Source: Nitrosopumilus sp. (GTDB taxonomy: Archaea; Thermoproteota; Nitrososphaeria; Nitrososphaerales; Nitrosopumilaceae). From it: a DNA stretch of 64,000 nucleotides. The DNA is taken from positions 1,696,001 to 1,760,000 of the forward strand of contig OZ242041.1 of assembly GCA_965205215.1 (NCBI GenBank). Direction: 5' to 3'. Each line of letters opens with the position of its first letter. Positions within the stretch are counted from its first letter, which is position 1. The translations under genes were made by a program, and so were the position numbers. Below the pieces are notes generated by a model. That model ran no database searches. It was not told where the DNA came from and was given only the letters and a program-made list of their open reading frames with translations. Below are positions 56,879-64,000 of this stretch, piece after piece.

Positions 56879-58201
56879 ATGAACCTGGTCGAGAGGATAC
56901 TTGCGCGGGCATCCGGCAAAAGCAGCGTGTCGCCGGATGACGTGGTGTTTGCAGAGGTGGACAGGGCCATGCTGCACGACGTGTCGGGGCCCGGGGTGAT
57001 CAAGGTCTTTGAGAGGATTGCGGGGCAGGGAATCCCCACGGACAAGCTGTGGGATCCTGACCGCGTGTGGGTGGCCGAGGACCACTTTGTGCCGTCGGCA
57101 GAAAAGATATCAGCAGAGAACATTGCAAGGCTCTCCGAGTTCACCAGCAGGTACGGAATCAAGAACCACTTTAGGTACGGGATGGGCCAGTACGGCATAT
57201 GCCACACCATATCCCACGAGGAGGCCATGGTGATGCCGGGGGACGTCTATGTCGGGGGCGACTCCCACACAAACACCACCGGGGCGCTCGGGGCCTTTGC
57301 ATGCGGGCTGGGGCACACAGACATGGCGTACGTGCTGCTCAACGGCCAGATATGGTTCAAGGTCCCCGAGACGATGTACTTTAGGCTCAACGGAAGGCTG
57401 CCAAGCCACGTGATGGCAAAGGACCTCATACTGAGGATAATAGGCGACATCGGGACCGACGGCGGGGCCTACAGGACCATGCAGTTCGGGGGGACGGGCA
57501 TAGAGGAGATGTCCGTCGAGGGCCGGTTGACCCTGTGCAACATGACGACGGAGGCGGGCGCCAAGAACGGCATAGTGCGCCCGGACCAAAAGACCGCCGC
57601 ATACCTGGAGGAGAGGATGAGCGGCGCGGGGAGTGAGGCGGCAAAGGTGAGCCTGGGCCGCGGCGGCGCAGACTACTCGGAGCCGGACGGGGCCGACTCG
57701 GACTATGCAGAGGTATACGAGTACGAGGCCTCGGAGCTGGAGCCCGTTGTGGCCGAGCCGTTCTCGCCGGAGAACACCAGGCCCGTCAGCGAGGCCCCGT
57801 CTGTGGAACTTGACAAGTCGTACATAGGCTCGTGCACGGGCGCAAAATACGAGGACCTGGAGGCCGCGGCGCGAGTGCTAAAGGGCAGAAAAGTCAGGAT
57901 CAGGACGGAGGTCCTTCCGGCCGCCATATCGATATACAGGCGCGCCATGGAGTCGGGGCTCCTCAAGATATTTCTGGACGCGGGGGCCACGGTAGGGCCG
58001 CCCACGTGCGGCGCCTGCTGCGGCGCGCACATGGGCGTACTGGGCAAGGACGAGGTATGCATCAGCACCACGAACAGGAACTTTCCCGGCAGGATGGGAC
58101 ATGTCGAGTCTAGGACGTACCTGGCGTCCCCGATGGTGGCCGCGGCATCCGCGGTTACGGGCAGGATTACCGACCCGAGGGAGATCGCGCACGCGGCGTA
58201 A
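56879..58201 (+). CDS. Aconitase-family large subunit, archaeal LeuC/HacA type
   Basis: MLHD, EDHFVP, GGDSHT, IGSCTG, CGACCG, STTNRNFPGRMG. Confidence 0.93.
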   Translation: MNLVERILARASGKSSVSPDDVVFAEVDRAMLHDVSGPGVIKVFERIAGQGIPTDKLWDPDRVWVAEDHFVPSAEKISAENIARLSEFTSRYGIKNHFRYGMGQYGICHTISHEEAMVMPGDVYVGGDSHTNTTGALGAFACGLGHTDMAYVLLNGQIWFKVPETMYFRLNGRLPSHVMAKDLILRIIGDIGTDGGAYRTMQFGGTGIEEMSVEGRLTLCNMTTEAGAKNGIVRPDQKTAAYLEERMSGAGSEAAKVSLGRGGADYSEPDGADSDYAEVYEYEASELEPVVAEPFSPENTRPVSEAPSVELDKSYIGSCTGAKYEDLEAAARVLKGRKVRIRTEVLPAAISIYRRAMESGLLKIFLDAGATVGPPTCGACCGAHMGVLGKDEVCISTTNRNFPGRMGHVESRTYLASPMVAAASAVTGRITDPREIAHAA

Positions 58202-58227
58202 TTGGAAGTGAGAGGAGGAGCAGAAGC

Positions 58228-58764
58228 ATGAGCGGCAACGGTGCAGTTACGGGCGGCGTGATAAAATATGCAAGGGACAACATAGACACCGACGTCATCA
58301 TACCGGGGCAGTATCTGAAGATACACGACTATGCGGAGCTTGCAACGCACGCGATGGAGGGACTCGACGGGGACTTTCACTCAAAGGCCAAGAACGCCAG
58401 CTTTATCGTGGCGGGCCGCAACTTTGGCTGCGGCTCCTCAAGGGAGCACGCCCCTATAGCGCTGGCGCACTCCGGGATCAAGGCGGTGGCGGCCCTCTCG
58501 TTTGCAAGGATATTCTACAGGAACGCGGTGGACGGCGCGTTCCTGCTGCCCATAGAGATAGGGGAGGACGCATACGAGGGCACAAGCGAGGGGGACGTCG
58601 TAACCATAGACGTCAAGGCGGGCCAGCTGCGCAACGAGACCACGGGCAAGAGGTACGAGATCAAGCCGTTCTCAGAGATCATAGGCAAGATAATAGACGC
58701 GGGAGGGCTGTTCAGGTATGGGATGCAGCAAAAGCAGCAGCAACAGCAGCAACCGGGGTCCTAG
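58228..58764 (+). CDS. Aconitase-family small subunit, archaeal LeuD/HacB type, with C-terminal polyQ
   Basis: [34 protein letters not shown]. Confidence 0.92.
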   Translation: MSGNGAVTGGVIKYARDNIDTDVIIPGQYLKIHDYAELATHAMEGLDGDFHSKAKNASFIVAGRNFGCGSSREHAPIALAHSGIKAVAALSFARIFYRNAVDGAFLLPIEIGEDAYEGTSEGDVVTIDVKAGQLRNETTGKRYEIKPFSEIIGKIIDAGGLFRYGMQQKQQQQQQPGS

Positions 58765-58766
58765 GC

Positions 58767-60212
58767 ATGGCGCAGAACGCCTCCACCCTGTTTGAAAAGA
58801 TATGGGACTCGCACGAGGTGTTGCGCAATGGCGCGGACGGCCCGTCACTGCTCTACGTGGACAGGCACATGGTGCACGAGGTAACGTCCCCGCAGGCCTT
58901 TGAGGGCCTGCGCGCAAACGGCAGGAGGGTCAGGCGGCCGGACCTTACCGTGGCCACGATGGACCACAACGTGCCGACCACGACCGGCGAACGCAGGCTT
59001 CCCATGGCCGACCAGACGTCCGACCTGCAGGTGCGCACGCTTGAGGAGAACTGCCGCGAGTTCGGGATCAGGCTGTTTGGCATGGACAGCCCCAATCAGG
59101 GGATCGTGCACGTGATTGGTCCGCAGCTTGGCATTACGCTGCCGGGGGCCACGATAGTGTGCGGCGACAGCCACACCTCGACCCACGGGGCGTTCGGGGC
59201 CCTGGCCTTTGGGATCGGCACAAGCGACGTCGAGCACGTCCTGGCGTCGCAGACCGTATGGATGCAGAAGCCCAAGTCCCTCGAGATTATGATACGCGGG
59301 CGCATGTCAGAACCGCACGCGGTCACTGCAAAGGACGTCATACTGTACGTGATACGGAAGATCGGAACGGACGGCGGCGCGGGGCACGTGGCGGAGTACA
59401 GGGGCCAGGCCGTGTCGGACATGTCAATGGAGCAGAGGATGACAATCTGCAACATGTCAATCGAGGCGGGCGCCAGGGCGGGACTCGTGGCGCCGGACGA
59501 AAAGACGTTCGAGTACCTGCGCGGCAGGACGTACACGCCGGAGAACTACGAGGAAATGGCGCGCGCGTGGAAAAAGACGCTTAGGACCGATTCAAAGGCG
59601 TCGTTTGCAAAGAGGTACGAGATCGACGCAAGCAGGATAGCCCCCCAGGTCAGCTGGGGGACGAACCCCGGAATGACGTGCGATGTTACGGAGGCGGTGC
59701 CGGATCCCGCCGAGTATGGGGACGGCGACAAGTCAAGGGAGGATAGCGCCAGAAAGGCATTACAGTACATGGGGCTCGAACCCGGGACGCCCATGACAGA
59801 GATATCGCTTGACAGGGTCTTCATCGGGTCATGCACCAATGCAAGGCTCGAGGATCTCATCGAGGCGTCCCGCGCAGTCAGAGGGCGAAAGATTGCACGC
59901 GGGGTGAGGGCCATGGTGGTGCCCGGCTCGCAGGCAGTAAAGAGGGGCGCGGAGGAGATGGGCCTCGACGCCATATTCAAGGACGCGGGTTTCGAGTGGC
60001 GCGAGTCAGGATGCAGCATGTGCCTCGGAATGAACCCGGACATACTCATGCCCGGCGAGCGTTGCGCGAGCACATCCAACCGCAACTTTGAGGGCAGGCA
60101 GGGGACAGGGGGCAGGACGCACCTTGCAAGCCCCGTGATGGCTGCCGCGGCCGCCGTGAACGGCCACTTTGTAGACGTAAGGGAGATGGACATGCCGGAT
60201 GGAACCGTTTAG
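58767..60212 (+). CDS. leuC: 3-isopropylmalate dehydratase large subunit (bacterial-type)
   Basis: [55 protein letters not shown]. Confidence 0.96.
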   Translation: MAQNASTLFEKIWDSHEVLRNGADGPSLLYVDRHMVHEVTSPQAFEGLRANGRRVRRPDLTVATMDHNVPTTTGERRLPMADQTSDLQVRTLEENCREFGIRLFGMDSPNQGIVHVIGPQLGITLPGATIVCGDSHTSTHGAFGALAFGIGTSDVEHVLASQTVWMQKPKSLEIMIRGRMSEPHAVTAKDVILYVIRKIGTDGGAGHVAEYRGQAVSDMSMEQRMTICNMSIEAGARAGLVAPDEKTFEYLRGRTYTPENYEEMARAWKKTLRTDSKASFAKRYEIDASRIAPQVSWGTNPGMTCDVTEAVPDPAEYGDGDKSREDSARKALQYMGLEPGTPMTEISLDRVFIGSCTNARLEDLIEASRAVRGRKIARGVRAMVVPGSQAVKRGAEEMGLDAIFKDAGFEWRESGCSMCLGMNPDILMPGERCASTSNRNFEGRQGTGGRTHLASPVMAAAAAVNGHFVDVREMDMPDGTV

Positions 60213-60867
60213 GACGGTCAGGAGCGTGGCAACGCCGCTTGACAAGATAAACATCGATACGGACCAGATAGTGCCAAAGCAGTTTCTAAAGCTGGTGCAG
60301 CGCTCGGGCTTTGGGAGGTACCTGTTTTATGACTGGAGGTATGAGAGGAGAGAGGACGGCAGCGGCGACGCATCCGTCGTCCCGAGGCCCGACTTTGTAC
60401 TAAACCATCCCAAATACAAGGGCTCGGCCATACTCGCGACGGGGGAGAACTTTGGGTGCGGCTCCTCAAGGGAGCATGCGGTATGGGCCCTTGCCGACCA
60501 CGGATTCAGGGCCGTGATCGCGCCATCCTTTGCAGACATATTCTACAACAACTGCTTCAAAAACGGCGTGCTTCCGGTCACGCTTGAGATAGGCGAGGTT
60601 CGAGACATACTCAAGTTCGAGGGCGACATAGAGGTCGATCTCGAGGCCAAGGAGATAAGGATGTACGGCCCGGGGGATCACGCCGGCCCATCTCACGTGG
60701 CACGGTTTGAGATAGAGCCCCACAGGCGGACGGTCCTTTTGGAGGGGCTAGACGAGATTGCGCAGACACTAAAGTACGAGAAGGAGATAGCAGAGTTTGA
60801 GAGCAAGTCAAGCATGACAGGGAGCGCGGCCCCTTCCCTGCCCCCCGACAAGCCGCCCGGGACGTAA
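60199..60867 (+). CDS. leuD: 3-isopropylmalate dehydratase small subunit (bacterial-type)
   Basis: [39 protein letters not shown]. Confidence 0.95.
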   Translation: MEPFRTVRSVATPLDKINIDTDQIVPKQFLKLVQRSGFGRYLFYDWRYERREDGSGDASVVPRPDFVLNHPKYKGSAILATGENFGCGSSREHAVWALADHGFRAVIAPSFADIFYNNCFKNGVLPVTLEIGEVRDILKFEGDIEVDLEAKEIRMYGPGDHAGPSHVARFEIEPHRRTVLLEGLDEIAQTLKYEKEIAEFESKSSMTGSAAPSLPPDKPPGT

Positions 60868-60965
60868 CCGCCGGCGGATGGAAGGAAGGGTGGAGCGGCA
60901 ACAGCATGTCACGCACACCGGACGACAGACTGGGGCGTGATGCCAGACGCGCAAAACCGGGACCG

Positions 60966-61814
60966 CTACGGGGCGCCTGCCCCGGGGCGTGCGCGGGTCA
61001 TCTCAGACAGTATCTCGAGTATGGCGTCCTTTTTTCGCTCCAGAATCGCGGGCGATTCTACGTCGACCCACTGCGCGTCGCCAATGTCAAACGCGCTTAT
61101 TGCGCCCTCCTCTGAGAGTCCCTGCAGTATGTCATGGGAGAGGTTGATCTGCGTCCTGACGGTGGCATCTCTGCTGCTGCCGCTGCCATCGCCGCTGCCA
61201 TCGCCCGCCTCACGCGTAGCGCGCGTCGCGGAATTCGCATGATCCATCGCGTCAGATATGCGCGACAGCACGTCGTGACGCAGTATATACACCCCGAGGC
61301 ATTCGGGCAAGGGCAGTTCCATCACGGGCTTTTCGACGAACTTGAGCACGACTCCGTCGTCGTCGACTACGGCAAAACCAGTCTCTTCGGCGCGCTTGGC
61401 GCGAGTCGCAATGCACACAGTGCTTCCCATGTCACGGAACTGTCTGTACATTCCGGCCAGATCCACGGCGCACAGGTTGTCGGCGAACCACAGTACAAAC
61501 GGCTCGCCCGGCGGGATCAGTCCCGACGCGTGCAGCAGGTCCCCGCCGGTGCCGCTCTGCGAGTCCTGCACGAATGCAATGCGTCCCGAGTCGCACGCGG
61601 GATCGTCTGCGCCGTAATAGTTGTAGATCTGCCCCCCCAGTCCCGCAAGATCTGTGATTACAACAACCTGGTCCACAAATTCAAACGACTCGACATACCG
61701 TACAATGTGGTCGATGAGGGGCTTGTCGCGTACGGGAGTCATCGCCTTGGGAAAGTACTCCGAATACGGCCTGCCACGGGTGCCCTGCCCGCCGGCCATG
61801 ATTACTGCCTTCAT
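60966..61814 (-). CDS. Sugar-phosphate nucleotidyltransferase family protein
   Basis: MKAVIMAGGQGTR..P....PK, GTGG, FVEKP. Confidence 0.88.
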   Translation of the reverse strand: MKAVIMAGGQGTRGRPYSEYFPKAMTPVRDKPLIDHIVRYVESFEFVDQVVVITDLAGLGGQIYNYYGADDPACDSGRIAFVQDSQSGTGGDLLHASGLIPPGEPFVLWFADNLCAVDLAGMYRQFRDMGSTVCIATRAKRAEETGFAVVDDDGVVLKFVEKPVMELPLPECLGVYILRHDVLSRISDAMDHANSATRATREAGDGSGDGSGSSRDATVRTQINLSHDILQGLSEEGAISAFDIGDAQWVDVESPAILERKKDAILEILSEMTRARPGAGAP

Positions 61815-61919
61815 GGGTGTACGGACGGTAGCTAGATTATGATATAATCATACGTATTGACCAAGACGGGCGTGGCGATGTGCATGCGGCGCCGGCGCCG
61901 GCGACAGGATGCGTCGCGG

Positions 61920-62372
61920 CTACCGGTATGATTTCTGCTTTCTTCTTCTCGCGCCGGGCCCGCCGAACTTTTTGGGCTCCTTGCGCCGGGCATCGCCGCT
62001 TATCAGGTACTTGTCATAGTCGGCAATCCTCTTGCGCAGGGTTTCGCGATCGGATCTCGAAAATGGGTGCGCCCGAGGCTCCTTCTTGGACTTTGTCCAT
62101 CCTGTCAGGGCCCTGGATATACCGATTGAGGCGGCTCCTGCCTGTCCCATGACGCCGCCGCCTCTGACGCGTACAGAGATGTCGATCTGCTGTCGCACGC
62201 CCTCGCCGGCAATCTCAAGTGGCGCAAGCATCACCTCCCTTGCAATCTCCTGCGGAATCATCTCAACGGGGACGTTGTTTACGCGCACCCTGCCCTTGCC
62301 CTTTGTTATGTATACGTGGGCGCTCGATGTCTTGCGCGTTGCAAAATATATCTCGGTCTTTGGCGTCGTCAT
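61920..62372 (-). CDS. rps9: 30S ribosomal protein S9
   Basis: VRGGGVMGQ, EPKKFGGPGARRRKQKSYR. Confidence 0.97.
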   Translation of the reverse strand: MTTPKTEIYFATRKTSSAHVYITKGKGRVRVNNVPVEMIPQEIAREVMLAPLEIAGEGVRQQIDISVRVRGGGVMGQAGAASIGISRALTGWTKSKKEPRAHPFSRSDRETLRKRIADYDKYLISGDARRKEPKKFGGPGARRRKQKSYR

Positions 62373-63100
62373 TCAGTCCACCCTATAACCCTGCAGAGCT
62401 CCCCCATCGTGGTATACGAGGATGCGGATCTCCTTATCATTGCCTTTTCAAACTGCACCTTTTTGAACGGCTTTAGTTCCTTGGGCGAGCCGACGTAGGC
62501 GCGCAGCCGCTTGTGGGATGTCTTGCCAGACGGTTTTTTCTCAAAAGGCAGCATCCCGCGTATCATCTTTGTAATCACCGTGTCGGGCCTGCGGTAGTGG
62601 ACAGGCCCATGCTTTGGGTTGATTATGCTGTTTATCTTTAGAAACTGCCGGTATTCGTGTATGGTGTTGGAGCGAGTGCCGCTTATCATGATGCGTTCGC
62701 AGTTTACAAGAGAGATGCGGTTCCCCTTCAGGAGCATCTTTGCAACAAGCGACGAGAGTCGGCCTGCAACGTGATTAGACGCATCGACCACGATGGGCCT
62801 GTCGGTGCCGTCGGCGTTCGGATTGGGCGCCTTTCCCTTGCCCGAACGCGTCTTGGGGGCGCCCGCAGCTCCTGCAGGCGCGTCGCCGGCACCAGAATCG
62901 TCAGAGTCTTGGCCCTTTGCAGCAAGATCTCCTTCGGAGCCCGCGTCCTCCTGTATCTCTGCAGGTACCTCTTTTTTGGAATCCAGTGAGAGCTCAAGCA
63001 CTTGCTCTTTATTTTCTTCCGCAGGCTGGGAGGATGGAGCCGCCGCATCCTCAGAAGGCATATCGCCCTGCCTCGAAGAGGCGTCGTTGCCCTCAGCCAA
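62369..63100 (-). CDS. rpl13: 50S ribosomal protein L13 with ~95-aa disordered N-terminal extension
   Basis: VVDASNHVAGRLSS..AK, GPVHYRRPD, IRGMLP. Confidence 0.95.
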   Translation of the reverse strand: MAEGNDASSRQGDMPSEDAAAPSSQPAEENKEQVLELSLDSKKEVPAEIQEDAGSEGDLAAKGQDSDDSGAGDAPAGAAGAPKTRSGKGKAPNPNADGTDRPIVVDASNHVAGRLSSLVAKMLLKGNRISLVNCERIMISGTRSNTIHEYRQFLKINSIINPKHGPVHYRRPDTVITKMIRGMLPFEKKPSGKTSHKRLRAYVGSPKELKPFKKVQFEKAMIRRSASSYTTMGELCRVIGWTE

Positions 63101-63440
63101 GCAGAACGACCCCCTTGCCGGTCGGATTCTGGCTTATCAGAACATCGTGCGCAATGGCAGTCCCCCCCGCCGCCTTGATCTTTGAGAGGGCGCTTGCAGA
63201 TATAGAGAAGGAGTACAGGGTGATGCGGTGCGGGATGCTTCCCGTGCCCAGCACCTTGCCCGGAAAGACCACGGTGTCGTCGGCCTTTGTAAGCTGCCCA
63301 AGTCGCTTTATGTTGATGTTGCGGCGCGCAGACGACGGTTTTAGCATGTACTCTGCAAGGCGGGCCCACAGGGGGGCGTCATGCTGCAAGGACGCCCTTT
63401 TGAGGTCTCGCGCGGTATGCAGTAGCACGGAATTTGCCAT
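63093..63440 (-). CDS. rpl18e: 50S ribosomal protein L18e
   Basis: APLWARLA, VVFPGKVLGTG, SASALSKIKAAGG. Confidence 0.95.
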   Translation of the reverse strand: MANSVLLHTARDLKRASLQHDAPLWARLAEYMLKPSSARRNINIKRLGQLTKADDTVVFPGKVLGTGSIPHRITLYSFSISASALSKIKAAGGTAIAHDVLISQNPTGKGVVLLG

Positions 63441-63479
63441 GCAGGGCGCCGTCTGCGGCCCAAATATAATGTATGCCTA

Positions 63480-64000
63480 GAGTACAGTCAACGCAAATGT
63501 GACTCGAACAAGCCCTCCGGCAGGTCTGGCGGGGGCTTCGGCTCGAGGGTCGGATCGGTGAGAAGGTTGTGGAGGGCCCCTGCAAACTCCCCCCACTTGA
63601 GGTCGGGGGCGTTTGCGGTTCCCATCAGGAGGTACGCCCGGGACATCAGGGCCCTGGCGATTATCCACGCGTCGTAAAAGAGGCACGTGTACATGAAGCA
63701 GAACATCCGGGCCGCCGGGGCCCTGCACCGCGTCTTTGCATTGCCCTGTTCAAGCAGCCTGTATCCGGTCTCTATGTTCCACCGCCGCCCGTACCTGTCG
63801 GGGTCCGCGTCCGGCACGTTGGTGGCAAACGCGATGTACCTTTCCTCCGGCGGCTCCGGGTACGGCGCGTGTTTTTTCCTGCGCCTCCTCTCCGTTATTA
63901 CGGCCCAGTACGTGGCCGTGCGCCCCCCGCCGCCCTCGCTTATCTCCAGCTCCGACACGCGGTGCCTGGCCCTTCTCGAGTACTGCCCCAGCGCGTCCAC
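63480..64000 (-). mobile_element. 3' part of an IS4-like/ISH3-family DDE transposase element, truncated by the window end (ORF stops at 63488)
   Basis: YIAFATN ... YGRRWNIETGYR catalytic Y-R-E region. Possible terminal repeat GAGTACAGTCAA at about 63480, overlapping the stop codon. Confidence 0.8.

Noticed and set aside
234-63728. Numerous antisense and alternate-frame ORFs in the track
   Set aside because: These are shadow ORFs expected at high GC: Arg/Pro/Gly-rich and overlapping well-supported genes.

Overview
GC-rich archaeal chromosomal window, most consistent with a Thaumarchaeote of the Nitrosopumilaceae. The evidence is archaeal ribosomal proteins, a DnaJ-ferredoxin fusion, a secY-adk-DUF106-cmk-cbf5 block with no L34e or L14e, and cofE. 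A host-associated (e.g. sponge symbiont) lifestyle is an inference from the high GC and the accessory surface proteins. The window is mostly housekeeping: S7, LeuRS, AlaRS, L12/L10/L1/L11, Spt5, SecE, L19e/L32e, PEPCK, SOD, FtsY, ArgF, L18-S5-L30-L15-SecY, a 2-oxoacid:ferredoxin oxidoreductase, two LeuCD-type pairs and S9/L13/L18e. It also carries two intron-containing tRNAs (Gln-CUG with two introns, Ser-GGA with one). Accessory elements are a 1337-aa secreted DUF285/PKD/FN3 repeat protein, an orphan tandem periplasmic-binding-protein gene, a stand-alone EVE protein and a transposase cut by the window end. The most notable signals are: (i) the only two long homopolymers I saw (C12, C11) lie upstream of the two accessory secreted-protein genes, and the DUF285 gene has a near-invariant DNA scaffold with hypervariable positions, suggesting a contingency/diversification system; (ii) pervasive low-complexity insertions in core proteins; (iii) a candidate structured ncRNA upstream of dnaJ-fer; (iv) a candidate leader ORF coupled to a CTG start of pckA. 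All calls were made by eye, with no database searches.
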